IMG/VR virus record: IMGVR_UViG_3300045988_058602
Span: 90,765-154,764 of that record
Reading direction: 5' to 3' (one strand)
DNA: 64,000 nucleotides
Source of the DNA: a virus
Part shown: positions 1 to 10,261 of the stretch, one piece after another
How the letters are laid out: each line of letters begins with the position of its first letter
Numbering within the stretch: position 1 is the first letter of the stretch
Notes under the pieces: model-generated
The model's input: only the letters and a program-made list of their open reading frames with translations
Databases searched by the model: none
Told to the model about the DNA's origin: nothing
Program-made: the position numbers and the translations under genes

Positions 1-247
1 TTAAGACCAAGCCCTTCCTTGTCTAATATATCTATCCACTGGTTTTTCAAAAGCTCAGTGGGAACTACCACTAGTGCTCTAATAGTAGGATACTTGGATA
101 GAACAGCTTTTAGGCAATTGATTGCACATCGAGTCTTTCCAAAACCGGTACATGCTTCTATGGTTCCTTTTCCCTTATGTAATAACCAGGCTCTCTTACA
201 TTGCTCCTGCCGCTCATCACGAGTAACAGGAGTAAAGAGATCTTTCA
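1..247 (-). CDS. SF2 (DEAD/DEAH-like) helicase, N-terminal fragment running off the window start
   Basis: Reverse-strand translation MKDLFTPVTRDERQEQ...GTIEACTGFGKTRCAI contains a Walker A motif GFGKT; start ATG at 247-245. Confidence 0.55.
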
Positions 248-1111
248 TCAATCTATGTTCCTAGTGATGTCCCATCCTTTAAGTTCTGCAACCTTTTTGA
301 TTTCCTCCATCTTGTCCTTCCACTGTTTAGCCTGGTTTTCGCACTGATTCTGGAAGCGATACAAGACTTTGTTAGATAACAGTCTTAGTTGATCACTAGT
401 TAAGTTAGCGTATTTATCTCTTTTCAGTCTACACATAGATCTAAATTCAGCATAACTTAATCCAGTATCACAGATTTTTAAAGCTATAGAAGGATTCAAA
501 CGAAGTTCCTTACTTACTACTTCCAGTCTGTTGACAGCTTTTCCTGTTATTGGGTCTTTACGATACAAATCTTTTTGCATCTCTTGCTGGGTAAACCACA
601 AACCCATCTTAACAATAAAGTTAAGCGTTAAGTGAGAATTGTCGAATAGTCCCAGAGAATCAAGACAAGCATCCATAACTAAACTTACTGACACTTCTCT
701 AAATTCTACTGGAATACCATTAATAATATCCCCAATGGGATAAGTTTTAATGGTTTCATTAGTTAACACCTCTTTATTGTTCTGGATAATAGCCTTCAAG
801 TCTTCCAAACAGCGAGTATTGGTATATTGTTTTTCAGCTCTAAGCCATCTAATAAGAAGCTCAGCACGACATCTCTGAATTTGGTCAGACACTATGCCCA
901 ACAATGTTATACGACCCGGATTCTTAGTATCAGAATTGTATAACATTTGTTCACAATGGTTATAAAACCGTCTCAATTGGTCATAATCAGCGTCTACTAG
1001 TTTTACCTCTTCCTGGACCCCGTTTACTTTAGGACCTTTCCATACGTAACTATTGATGTCGTTTGCTTTATCATTTAAAGCTTCTTTCAGCTTATCTCCT
1101 AATACAGTCAT
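248..1111 (-). CDS. hypothetical protein (287 aa)
   Basis: Long intact ORF in the minus-strand operon; TGA stop. Confidence 0.5.
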   Translation of the reverse strand: MTVLGDKLKEALNDKANDINSYVWKGPKVNGVQEEVKLVDADYDQLRRFYNHCEQMLYNSDTKNPGRITLLGIVSDQIQRCRAELLIRWLRAEKQYTNTRCLEDLKAIIQNNKEVLTNETIKTYPIGDIINGIPVEFREVSVSLVMDACLDSLGLFDNSHLTLNFIVKMGLWFTQQEMQKDLYRKDPITGKAVNRLEVVSKELRLNPSIALKICDTGLSYAEFRSMCRLKRDKYANLTSDQLRLLSNKVLYRFQNQCENQAKQWKDKMEEIKKVAELKGWDITRNID

Positions 1112-1155
1112 AAATTATTCTTTAATAATATTCCATAATTCATCTTATTTTAATG

Positions 1156-1479
1156 TTAATCTAATAATATTTGCCCATTTTCAATCAACGGCTTTTCGTG
1201 AATAAACTTCAGGAAAATTATATTCGTTTCTTTATATGGAACAAAATCTTTACCATCGTACCACTTATCGATGCCTTCTTCTACATACCTCACAGTAACA
1301 TATCCGACATCTCCTAATTCCATAGAACACTGATTCCAGTTTGGGAACCTTACACACATTATATCTTTATAATCCAGATTATCATATTCAAATCTTTCAA
1401 AAACATAACTAGCATAGCCCATCCCGTCCTCATTTTTAGCAACAAATTTTACATGGTAAGTTACTTCTTTGGTTTCCAC
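1156..1479 (-). CDS. hypothetical protein (107 aa)
   Basis: Intact ORF, collinear operon; TAA stop. Confidence 0.45.
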   Translation of the reverse strand: METKEVTYHVKFVAKNEDGMGYASYVFERFEYDNLDYKDIMCVRFPNWNQCSMELGDVGYVTVRYVEEGIDKWYDGKDFVPYKETNIIFLKFIHEKPLIENGQILLD

Positions 1480-1670
1480 ACATCGAATGTATTAATATCC
1501 TCAAACATCTTGCAACCATAGGATGCAAAATCTCCTTGGAGCTTATCCATATTTTGGAGACATGGATAATTCTTACACCTAGTACAACTGCGTTCAGGAT
1601 GTTTATAGTGAAAACCATCTTTGTCCTTAAACATTATTTCAGTAATAGGCATAACAATATTAATACACAT
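1461..1670 (-). CDS. small Cys-rich protein (69 aa)
   Basis: ORF with a CxxC...C pattern; overlaps the alternative ORF 1436-1618. Confidence 0.3.
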   Translation of the reverse strand: MCINIVMPITEIMFKDKDGFHYKHPERSCTRCKNYPCLQNMDKLQGDFASYGCKMFEDINTFDVWKPKK

Positions 1671-2008
1671 GAACCAGCAGCTCCGTATTTTATAACGTTC
1701 TGCTTTCTCTTTAAAGACTTATTAAGACCTTCAATAGATCTATTTTTATCTTCGATTATGTTTCCATAATATAGTAACTGAACTCTGCGAACAGAATCCG
1801 TCCTTTCCCAACTCTTATTTATTAGTTCCAGATTAGTTATTTTGGTTTTCAATAACGGAACAGTCTCAGAAAGTTTCTGATGTTCAGCGAATATCAGATT
1901 CGCCGTCTTTAGCTGTTCTCCCGTTATTGTAACGGTCGATGTATTCTGAGAAGAAGCACAAATTGACGCTATCAGAACTAGACATAATAGTAGATACTTT
2001 CTCATCAT
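1634..2008 (-). CDS. secreted or lipoprotein-like protein (124 aa)
   Basis: N-terminal hydrophobic signal MMRKYLLLCLVLIASICASS. Confidence 0.45.
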   Translation of the reverse strand: MMRKYLLLCLVLIASICASSQNTSTVTITGEQLKTANLIFAEHQKLSETVPLLKTKITNLELINKSWERTDSVRRVQLLYYGNIIEDKNRSIEGLNKSLKRKQNVIKYGAAGSCVLILLCLLLK

Positions 2009-2207
2009 ACTTCTTGTCTATATATTCAATCTCCTTTACAATAGAATCATTAACTATAAAGATACTATCTCTAATAATAGAATCTCGTACAATTTCTTGC
2101 ACGTCTACTATAGGTAAGTCAATGTGGTCCCTCCTAGAAGATAGTAAGTATATAATTAATAATCCCATTAGTATGATTGTAATATAACAGAGCTTAACCT
2201 TGTTCAT
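1884..2207 (-). CDS. small membrane protein (107 aa)
   Basis: N-terminal TM helix; overlaps the previous ORF by 125 nt, so one of the two starts is probably shorter. Confidence 0.35.
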   Translation of the reverse strand: MNKVKLCYITIILMGLLIIYLLSSRRDHIDLPIVDVQEIVRDSIIRDSIFIVNDSIVKEIEYIDKKYDEKVSTIMSSSDSVNLCFFSEYIDRYNNGRTAKDGESDIR

Positions 2208-2781
2208 TTAACTCAATGCCCATCGCCTTAGCCTTCTCTACAAGCTCGACGCATTTAGCAACATCTACGCTTCCGCTTTTAGCAGCATTGAATATTTCTT
2301 TTTCAGAACCGTTCAAATCCTCTATTTCTTTCTTGACTGCTTCTTTTTTATCAAAGCGGGCTTTCATCTGGTTATATCCTTTGATGATTCGTTCAGGGTT
2401 TTCTTTAATAAACCCTATTTCTTGTTTCAAGAATGCCTTAACCAGAGTCTTGTTAATTACACCTCTAGACTTAGTGTAGATAGTAGGACACTTAGGATCA
2501 TGTAAAGCCTTATTATAGGCGTTAGCTTTTCCTCTCTCCTTATCAAACTCGTCAGTTGGGTGACATACACTGATACCTACAGATACTACTCTGCAAACTT
2601 CTGCATAGTCCGGATCGTCTACACAAATATAGCCGTCTTCACTTGCCCATCCAACTGAAAGTTTGTAGTCATCTTCACTTTCTTCTGGAGACTGACTCAG
2701 AGCACACGCTACAATCTTATGTTCCTTACCCTTGAAATCTACAAATGAGTCAATCATGTACTCAATCACATCCTGTTTCAT
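2194..2781 (-). CDS. hypothetical protein (195 aa)
   Basis: Intact ORF. Confidence 0.5.
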   Translation of the reverse strand: MKQDVIEYMIDSFVDFKGKEHKIVACALSQSPEESEDDYKLSVGWASEDGYICVDDPDYAEVCRVVSVGISVCHPTDEFDKERGKANAYNKALHDPKCPTIYTKSRGVINKTLVKAFLKQEIGFIKENPERIIKGYNQMKARFDKKEAVKKEIEDLNGSEKEIFNAAKSGSVDVAKCVELVEKAKAMGIELNEQG

Positions 2782-3043
2782 TTTCTACAATTTTAAAACC
2801 GTTATTAATTAGATATTCTTCTGGAGCAAACTGTAATTCAAAGAACCTTCTTAGTGAATAATTCTTTTTCTTTACAGAAAGATTTTTCTTTTTTATAGTA
2901 ATCGGTTTACTAGAAGAAAAGTATTTCTCCTCCATTAGAGCCGCTCCCCAACTCCAAATTTGATAAATCGAACTACAATAGATAAACTTATCATGTGTAT
3001 ATACAATTTGCTTATCCTTCTCGTAAGTCTTCCGTAAGGTCAT
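2762..3043 (-). CDS. hypothetical protein (93 aa)
   Basis: Intact ORF. Confidence 0.3.
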   Translation of the reverse strand: MTLRKTYEKDKQIVYTHDKFIYCSSIYQIWSWGAALMEEKYFSSSKPITIKKKNLSVKKKNYSLRRFFELQFAPEEYLINNGFKIVENETGCD

Positions 3044-3485
3044 TGTAAAACACTTTAATAGTTTTGAAAATAAATGAATTTTTTCTTGAATTATAGCAAT
3101 CGTTCCAGCTTCTACTCTGATAATGAGTTAAAAGTTCAGAGGCTTTTACTCCTGTATAAACATTTTTGCAGAAGCTACTATCGTCCTCACAGTCACAAGA
3201 GTTTATTGTATACTCTCCTATACCTATGGCATAATGCCAATGACTACCTATTATTTCGCTAAATTTACCTCCAAGAAAATAATCTTCATAGATTATTACT
3301 TTGAATTTAAATTTATCTCTACTAAGTAGTCTAGCTAAACAATATGCTATATAACAACAGCCTCCAGCATTAATGTCATACTCTTCATCCAGAAACTTAC
3401 AAAGCTTATTAAGCCTCTCCGCTAGAATTTCCTGCACTTCCGGTGATTTCGAGTTTAATCTCTTTTTTTGCTTTTTTAAACTCAT
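3012..3485 (-). CDS. hypothetical protein (157 aa)
   Basis: Intact ORF. Confidence 0.45.
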   Translation of the reverse strand: MSLKKQKKRLNSKSPEVQEILAERLNKLCKFLDEEYDINAGGCCYIAYCLARLLSRDKFKFKVIIYEDYFLGGKFSEIIGSHWHYAIGIGEYTINSCDCEDDSSFCKNVYTGVKASELLTHYQSRSWNDCYNSRKNSFIFKTIKVFYNDLTEDLREG

Positions 3486-3708
3486 CTAAGTACTGACCTA
3501 AAGTTATAATTTCATCTTTTCCGAATTTCTTTCTAGTTGCGTAGTTTATACAACGTTCTACAGCAGCCTCTAGTGAATAGCCATAGCCTTCCACTTTAAA
3601 TTCTTTTCTCGGATTTTTCCCTCCAATATCATATAGCAGCTCCAAGTCGAAACGAGGAGAAGCATCATTGATAGGGGTTAGCCTATAAAAGGAGCCTTCA
3701 ATTATCAT
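3409..3708 (-). CDS. hypothetical protein (99 aa)
   Basis: Intact ORF; overlaps the next by 77 nt. Confidence 0.4.
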   Translation of the reverse strand: MIIEGSFYRLTPINDASPRFDLELLYDIGGKNPRKEFKVEGYGYSLEAAVERCINYATRKKFGKDEIITLGQYLDEFKKAKKEIKLEITGSAGNSSGEA

Positions 3709-4075
3709 TTTCTATTTCTTTAATAAGATTTTCGATGAAGTCTGCTCTGTTCTGTATAGCTTCATATAGTTCATCTAGACTTTCAGCAATATAGATAGCA
3801 CAATAAGTATATTGGTTTATACACGGGACACTAAACTTATTTACATTATCCTTGTTCCAAGAATATAAACACCCAGTGCAATCTGGGTCTCCAGTCTCAT
3901 AACCGCATTCGTTGCATAAATAGCAATTTCTAAGACTCCCAAATCCAGTTATCCTAGATAACGCCTCATGCCAGCAATCATCGTCCTCATGCGCATTGCT
4001 TTCAAGTTCCTCTCTTGTAATACTTCTATACTTTTTTACAAGACGTCTTGCAGCGTCTAAATTCTTTATTTGCAT
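3698..4075 (-). CDS. Cys-rich putative zinc-binding protein (125 aa)
   Basis: Several CxxC pairs (CYLCNECGYETGDPDCTGC). Confidence 0.45.
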   Translation of the reverse strand: MQIKNLDAARRLVKKYRSITREELESNAHEDDDCWHEALSRITGFGSLRNCYLCNECGYETGDPDCTGCLYSWNKDNVNKFSVPCINQYTYCAIYIAESLDELYEAIQNRADFIENLIKEIENDN

Positions 4076-4878
4076 ACATCTATTACTGTTAAGTTATTAT
4101 TACTAGGCTGATATTCATAATCACAGTATGAATTAGTTATCGTAACATGATCAAAATTGTTACACAACTTTTTCAAGCCTTCTATATTTACAGCATGGCA
4201 AACTATAATCTCGAATCTATAGTTAGGATACTTTTCTTTAAGAACTTTAAGTTCTCCAAGGAATGTTCCTCCAGCATCGCACAAATCATCAATGAATACA
4301 AACGTAGAATAGTAACAATTTACATTTCTACCTATAGAGAATTCCTTGATTTTTCCAGTTTCTAAGTCTCTTGTCTTATTGAACACTAAATGTCCCCATA
4401 CCTTAGAGTACTCCCTGTATCTCTGATACGCTCCAGCATCAGGGAATACAACATTAGATTGTTGTGGTATATAGCTTCCATAATTCAATTCTTGACACCA
4501 ACATCTAGAACCTAGAAGATTCTTTGCTCTGTTAGAGTGAGCCTCTAAAATACAGACTGAACGATAGTTCATTCCATTTAAGATATTGCACACAATTTTC
4601 AGAGAAAATGGACGGTTAAAATCCATTACCCTATCCATACGCATAGACATTAGATAGGTAATAAATAAGTCCCACTCAATTTCTTGTCTGTCTAGAATAT
4701 CGCCAACTTGAGCTAACAGAAACAATTCTTCGGCAGAAGTAATTCTACACATAACCTTTACCGAATCTTTCCTATCAAATTCGTCTGGAAAACTTATTTG
4801 AGGCTCTCCGTCAGGGAATGTAGTGAGGTTATACTTAATCTCACTTTCATCCCAATTAATTAAGTTTAATAATTTCAT
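4066..4878 (-). CDS. PRPP-binding phosphoribosyltransferase-fold protein, ribose-phosphate pyrophosphokinase (Prs)-like
   Basis: Type I PRTase PRPP loop FIDDLCDAGGTF; located next to a NAMPT-like gene. Confidence 0.55.
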   Translation of the reverse strand: MKLLNLINWDESEIKYNLTTFPDGEPQISFPDEFDRKDSVKVMCRITSAEELFLLAQVGDILDRQEIEWDLFITYLMSMRMDRVMDFNRPFSLKIVCNILNGMNYRSVCILEAHSNRAKNLLGSRCWCQELNYGSYIPQQSNVVFPDAGAYQRYREYSKVWGHLVFNKTRDLETGKIKEFSIGRNVNCYYSTFVFIDDLCDAGGTFLGELKVLKEKYPNYRFEIIVCHAVNIEGLKKLCNNFDHVTITNSYCDYEYQPSNNNLTVIDVCK

Positions 4879-5347
4879 CTACGACATATTTTAAGATTTC
4901 ATAACTTTCTTCTAAGCCCGCCCTATCGTCTAGTAGAATATTGTAATAAGGCTTTCTAGAGTTCGGAAATAGTCTACTGCTTGTAAAAGGAGGTATAATC
5001 ATATCATTAATAAGATTTCCTATCCTCATTTGGACACACTCTACTTGTTTCTCTATAATTTTATTTTCGTTTTCCTCTGTAGAAAGTAAAATCATTTCAA
5101 AACCTAACATAGTACAACGTCTCAGTAGATTAATAACACAACTATAATCTCCTCCAGTATTATGATAGTCGAAGATAGTGTTATCAAAGTCGAAAGCGAC
5201 TATTAGCTTTCCGTATTTCTTATACTCTTCTAATAGTCGCTTCTTACAAGCCTCTTTTCCAAATGGATGGTTAAAACTTTCTATAAAGTCCTTCATTAAT
5301 TCGCTGTCTAATTTCTTTAAGAGTGTACTCCTTTTTAAGGACGCCAT
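4856..5347 (-). CDS. HAD-superfamily hydrolase-like protein (163 aa)
   Basis: Motif I FDFDNTI (DxDxT). Confidence 0.45.
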   Translation of the reverse strand: MASLKRSTLLKKLDSELMKDFIESFNHPFGKEACKKRLLEEYKKYGKLIVAFDFDNTIFDYHNTGGDYSCVINLLRRCTMLGFEMILLSTEENENKIIEKQVECVQMRIGNLINDMIIPPFTSSRLFPNSRKPYYNILLDDRAGLEESYEILKYVVDEIIKLN

Positions 5348-6833
5348 CTTCGAACACAGTCTCTAAACAGCCTCCACTTTCTACCTCAGGAGTTACTTGG
5401 TCTTCAGCATAGTAAACGCCATTAACGTCCTGATAGACAGCAATTAGACCTTTAAGAGAATTTTTAGTTCCATCATCTGTTTTAGGATGTTTGAATATTT
5501 CTTTCAATTCTCCATTAACTACACAAGCAGTAGCTTTGATTGCAAAGCCTAGACTATCTCTACTTGCATACTGATATGAGAATGAACCAACACCAAGAAC
5601 AAGATTACAAGCTGCCATGTGGGCATTCTCAAGTCTCATATAGATTTGCTTTTGACGTTCTAAAGTAATAGAATCTCCATACAATAAGCCTATCTTAGTG
5701 CTTGGATAACGGTAGTCCTTGGAAGTAGTATTCCAACCGAAGATCTTACCAAGCATATAGTATGCTCCGTAATATTGACCTTCTGATACTTCTACGTATT
5801 CTGCATCGTCATTAAACGGAGCATAACAGCAGTAGTATTTACCTTCCCTTATTCTTGTATTGAAATGAGGATTAGTTCTCAGACCACAAATAATATCTAC
5901 CGGGTCTCCACTATCGGGACGAATAACTACACGACCGTCACGAGCCATAATGTCTTTCTTCAACTTAGGAAGGAAGTTTTCAACAACATTCCAGAAATCC
6001 CAAGTATCAGACACTATGGAAACAAACCCAGTAGGATATAACTCATTAATGAGACGTTTATATGTTCCTAACTCGTCCTCTTCTCCTCCTGCACACATTA
6101 CCGAATGTTCAGTAGCCGGAACAGTAGCAGCAATCAATTCACTATCAGAATTAGCTCCATAATATTCTTCAAGAGCTGCAATAGCAGGAATAGTTTCACT
6201 TCCTACAAATGAAGTCATATGAGCCATACCAGAAATAACAGACGCTTCCAAACCAGCCATTCCTCTCATAGAGAAGTCATGACACAAGAAATCCAGGTTT
6301 ACATCCTCCGGAAATCCAGTATGTACTGAGTGTCTTTTGAGTTCTTTCTTATAGAGTCTTGCTCTAGTGGCAGAGGTACAAGGCATCCACAAAGTACAAC
6401 TAATCAAAGTCTCTAGATAATTAGTTAACCAAAAGAACTCTGGTTTCGTATTAGTAATAGTCATCATAGGAACTCTAATAGGACATACTGAACCTTCCGG
6501 CAACGCTTTAATACGAATAGGGAGATATCCTAAATCATACAAAGCCTCAATATGTCTATATCCCACGGACTCAATTCCAACGAAGTTGTGGACTCTCCGA
6601 TAAAACATTTCTATAGCTTTCTCTTTAGGCAATACAAAGAAATTCTTATTAAATTCGTCGATCAAATACTTTTTAATTAAATATTGGATTCCGAATACTA
6701 CAGAACCTTCGGTAGCTTCTGGAAAGTACTTGTTACTTCTCGGAGTCCAGTTACTATAAACTTGTTCAGTACCTTCTGGGTACATCCTGTGATGGCCTAA
6801 TTTGTAACCATCTGTTGCATTAATTATTTCCAT
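5271..6833 (-). CDS. nadV: nicotinamide phosphoribosyltransferase (NAMPT/NadV-like)
   Basis: 520 aa; N-terminus ATDGYKLGHHRMYPEGTEQVYS matches the conserved NAMPT N-terminus ATDSYK..H...YP. Confidence 0.8.
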   Translation of the reverse strand: MEIINATDGYKLGHHRMYPEGTEQVYSNWTPRSNKYFPEATEGSVVFGIQYLIKKYLIDEFNKNFFVLPKEKAIEMFYRRVHNFVGIESVGYRHIEALYDLGYLPIRIKALPEGSVCPIRVPMMTITNTKPEFFWLTNYLETLISCTLWMPCTSATRARLYKKELKRHSVHTGFPEDVNLDFLCHDFSMRGMAGLEASVISGMAHMTSFVGSETIPAIAALEEYYGANSDSELIAATVPATEHSVMCAGGEEDELGTYKRLINELYPTGFVSIVSDTWDFWNVVENFLPKLKKDIMARDGRVVIRPDSGDPVDIICGLRTNPHFNTRIREGKYYCCYAPFNDDAEYVEVSEGQYYGAYYMLGKIFGWNTTSKDYRYPSTKIGLLYGDSITLERQKQIYMRLENAHMAACNLVLGVGSFSYQYASRDSLGFAIKATACVVNGELKEIFKHPKTDDGTKNSLKGLIAVYQDVNGVYYAEDQVTPEVESGGCLETVFEDGVLKKEYTLKEIRQRINEGLYRKF

Positions 6834-6846
6834 TCTAAAAATTATT

Positions 6847-7353
6847 TTAATAACTAATTGTTAATAAACTCTTCATGTTTTTACCGACAGCTAAGTTCTT
6901 AAAACATTGAGTAATAAACTCTTTTGTCTCTGGATGAATCGCTCTAGGAGCGCTAATATATTTAATCCACCAGTTGTATTCTCCTTGGAAACTATTTCCA
7001 TTATATACCTTACCAGCGGCTAAATAATCACACACTAACTCTAATGCGTATTCTCTAGGGATTTTCACTGGGACTCCACCAGAATCTAATTGAGTTACCC
7101 AATATTCATAATGATGTGGATTCCTTCCTCTATGATGTAAATAGGACCTAGAATAGCCCAGAATTTCTTTCTCCTTATTTAATGGAGATGTGTTATCATC
7201 GTAAAATTTAACAGAGCGAGAAAATTCATACCATCCGAACTTAGATAAATCGTGCAAAATGCCCTGCCTGTATAGTCCTAATTGGAAGCAATAGTATGCA
7301 ACCCAGAACTTATGCCTTAGTATCCTTCTTAGATGCTTTAATATCCGAATCAT
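6847..7353 (-). CDS. HD-domain-like protein (168 aa)
   Basis: HDLSKF motif followed by a His-rich cluster HHRGRNPHH. Confidence 0.4.
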   Translation of the reverse strand: MIRILKHLRRILRHKFWVAYYCFQLGLYRQGILHDLSKFGWYEFSRSVKFYDDNTSPLNKEKEILGYSRSYLHHRGRNPHHYEYWVTQLDSGGVPVKIPREYALELVCDYLAAGKVYNGNSFQGEYNWWIKYISAPRAIHPETKEFITQCFKNLAVGKNMKSLLTISY

Positions 7354-7642
7354 ATAACGAATCTCCTAGGAAGTTAAGAATAGGGACATCTACTGTATAG
7401 TCTTCATTGTACACTGCAAATGCGTATACTACCCACGATGCTAGTGAGACACCTAAACCAAGCGGAGGGATAATCAAACTAGCTACAACAATAATAATAG
7501 TCCATCTAGGGATTTTTATTCTTGTAGCTTTAGAAGTTAACCAATTTACCTGGTAGGTGTAGTACAGACAGTAATATAGAAGTGCATAAAGTATAAGCCC
7601 TATGCCGTCGCATATTAAATACACAAATTTAAGATCTTCCAT
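7310..7642 (-). CDS. membrane protein (110 aa)
   Basis: Multiple hydrophobic helices. Confidence 0.4.
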   Translation of the reverse strand: MEDLKFVYLICDGIGLILYALLYYCLYYTYQVNWLTSKATRIKIPRWTIIIVVASLIIPPLGLGVSLASWVVYAFAVYNEDYTVDVPILNFLGDSLYDSDIKASKKDTKA

Positions 7643-7962
7643 ATCTTCTTTATAATTTTAGTCAGAAAATTTCTACCTCTTAACGTATACTTGTGAGTAT
7701 ATCCGTCATTTCTGTTAGGATTCCACAGAGCATGGATTGCATAGTATATATAGCCTACCATATATAATACTATATTCAAGACAGGGACAAATCCCAGAAC
7801 TATAATCATTAATACTGCCCAGATTGGAACCTTAATGTCATACTCTTCGTCTATGTTAGCATAGTTGCTACTATACCCGGTCCAATAAACCGTAACATGA
7901 GTATCTTTTAAGATAAGCACCGTGACGATTATCATCACAGTGCATATTATTAAGTACATCAT
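7615..7962 (-). CDS. membrane protein (115 aa)
   Basis: Multiple hydrophobic helices. Confidence 0.4.
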   Translation of the reverse strand: MMYLIICTVMIIVTVLILKDTHVTVYWTGYSSNYANIDEEYDIKVPIWAVLMIIVLGFVPVLNIVLYMVGYIYYAIHALWNPNRNDGYTHKYTLRGRNFLTKIIKKIWKILNLCI

Positions 7963-7964
7963 AG

Positions 7965-8789
7965 TTATTTTCCAGCTACATCCTTAAATAAGGTAGGAAC
8001 AGTACCATAAGTAGGCAGTTTTCCATCCCACTTCTCCACAAAATTCTGTTGTACAATCAATGCAGATAAGGAAGCTGCAATCTTTCTGTTATACTCAGCT
8101 TCTGCGTCTCCCTTAATTTTCAGAGCCTGAGCTGCTCCCTCTGCTTGGGCTACAGCCTTTTTAGCATTAGCTTCTACAGATTTAACCTCATTTTCTATCT
8201 TAAGAGCATCCTGCACCGCTTTATTTTTAGCATCAATAGCATCTACTAGTGTCTTAGGATATTGGAGACCAGAAGTTAGCTGCTCAAGTTGGAAGTTTTC
8301 GGCAAGTAATTCTTTGCTTAATCTATCTTCTATAGATTTCTCAAACTCTTCTCTTTTGCTAACTAATTCATCAGTAGTATAATTATTAAGTTGTATACGG
8401 AATGCGTTTTTAACATAGTTATATAATGTAGTATTTACGACATCAAGTATATTGTCTTTTCTGTATTTCTTAAATACCTCAGGTGACTTTCCATCAACTA
8501 TCTTAAGAGATATAGTAGGGTCAACAGTAAATGACGAACCATCCTTAGCATTAATAGAAAAAGCCTCATAGTCCACAGTAAGCACATAGGTTGGGTACTC
8601 ATATACAGCTGTGGTAATTGGATTATACCAAACAGCCCCCGTGACCAATGAGATGTCATCTACTCCTTTACCATCACCGTAAAGATTTACCTTGATTCCT
8701 TCATGTCCAGCGTCTACCCGCTCGTAGCCACAACTTGACAAACCAAATACCAGAGTTAATACACACAGAAACTTAATTATTGTCTTCAT
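7965..8789 (-). CDS. SPFH (band 7 / prohibitin-like) domain lipoprotein
   Basis: Lipoprotein signal ending LSSCG, then an SPFH-like core followed by an Ala/Lys/Glu coiled coil. Confidence 0.55.
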   Translation of the reverse strand: MKTIIKFLCVLTLVFGLSSCGYERVDAGHEGIKVNLYGDGKGVDDISLVTGAVWYNPITTAVYEYPTYVLTVDYEAFSINAKDGSSFTVDPTISLKIVDGKSPEVFKKYRKDNILDVVNTTLYNYVKNAFRIQLNNYTTDELVSKREEFEKSIEDRLSKELLAENFQLEQLTSGLQYPKTLVDAIDAKNKAVQDALKIENEVKSVEANAKKAVAQAEGAAQALKIKGDAEAEYNRKIAASLSALIVQQNFVEKWDGKLPTYGTVPTLFKDVAGK

Positions 8790-8985
8790 CTTTTTTATTT
8801 TTAAAATGTTTTTTGAAATGTTTAATAGTCCTATAGACTAGACTAGGAATTGCTATAAATAATAACAATAGTCCTCCAAGGTTTGCAACCCATAGGGACT
8901 GAGATAATAACCACAGTCCCATATTATAGGCTACAAAAACTAATACTATGGCAATAAATGCCTTAATTAGGTTTTTCTCGACCAT
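8773..8985 (-). CDS. small membrane protein (70 aa)
   Basis: Two TM helices. Confidence 0.35.
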   Translation of the reverse strand: MVEKNLIKAFIAIVLVFVAYNMGLWLLSQSLWVANLGGLLLLFIAIPSLVYRTIKHFKKHFKNKKDEDNN

Positions 8986-9226
8986 AAAATAATATATTCT
9001 CTATTGCTTTTCTTATTATACCACAGTAGTACACTATCCTCCGCAATATCTACATAAGGATCATAGTAGATATATGCGATGAATAGTAAGCATATAATTA
9101 TAAACGCAATCATAAATTACCGAGTTTTTACAGAACCTGGTCTAGTGGTAGCAGCTTGAAAATCCTTCCCTTGCTTATCCCACCATGCTTGCTTTGATTT
9201 CAACCAAGCTACTCTCTTCTTGTACT

Positions 9227-10243
9227 TCATTGCTCAGAAACTATTACAATTCTGTTAAATTCATTATCTCCAAAATCAGTAGTAACTCCACACCCCTTCA
9301 CGGTAAGTTTGTCTTCCGGAGCACCATAGTTAACTAGAGCCTTCTTCATAGATTCCGCTCTAGCATTAGCTAATTTGTTGTTGAAGTCAATAGGTCCCTC
9401 TTCAGAAGCATATCCCTCTATAACATATGACTTACCACTATTTGCTATGTAAGCTGCTAATTCGGACACAGCAACATTAGAGGTAGCAGATATTTCAGAG
9501 GAGTTTTGTAGGAATTGGATTTTAGGAGTAAGTAATTCTACCTTAGTAATTTCTATGGTATCTACCTTAACTACCTCAACAGGTTTGCGAGCCATAAGTT
9601 CATTATTCTTCTCTCTCAATTCATTAATAGACGCATTTAAGCTTTCTATTTCCGAATCATCATAAAGTTTCATAACTGGGAAATTCCCTTTGCTCGACTT
9701 AAATCTGTAAGTAGCTCCTACATAAACATTGACTTCTTGGTTTAATGGAGTAGTTTTAGGAAGTAGCATATATTCTGGGGTTATATTTAACGCCCACGTA
9801 TCAGTAATGTTGAAATTACATCTTACTGCACCACGCGCAGATACGTTATTATAGACGTATCCATAGGTATGATACCAACCTGCTCCTATAATCAATACTG
9901 GTTCAAACAGACGTCTATTGCCTTCATAGCCACATACCAGATTACTAAGATTGGTAGTAACATTAGCCGTAAGGTTGTGTGAATCAAAGAATGTCTTATT
10001 TCCCTGATTCATACCCGCTACCATGTCTAATTCTAGGCCAAAGATGGGTGTAATTTCTTTACCTACAGCAATATTCACCAGAATATCATTAGGTTCAGCC
10101 CAACTTCTCTGATTGTCCCAGACTGTAGTTCCAACATTACCGGAAATATACCAATTGTCTTTCAAACTTCCGGTTTCTACAACTTGTGCGCTTGCAAACG
10201 CACACATTAAACACAAACAAATAATACTAAAAATTTTCTTCAT
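9227..10243 (-). CDS. OmpA-family outer-membrane protein
   Basis: Signal peptide, beta-barrel-like N-terminal domain, and an OmpA C-terminal motif SYVIEGYASEEGP...NNKLANARAESMKKAL. Confidence 0.7.
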   Translation of the reverse strand: MKKIFSIICLCLMCAFASAQVVETGSLKDNWYISGNVGTTVWDNQRSWAEPNDILVNIAVGKEITPIFGLELDMVAGMNQGNKTFFDSHNLTANVTTNLSNLVCGYEGNRRLFEPVLIIGAGWYHTYGYVYNNVSARGAVRCNFNITDTWALNITPEYMLLPKTTPLNQEVNVYVGATYRFKSSKGNFPVMKLYDDSEIESLNASINELREKNNELMARKPVEVVKVDTIEITKVELLTPKIQFLQNSSEISATSNVAVSELAAYIANSGKSYVIEGYASEEGPIDFNNKLANARAESMKKALVNYGAPEDKLTVKGCGVTTDFGDNEFNRIVIVSEQ

Positions 10244-10261
10244 AATTACATTAATTAAAAT

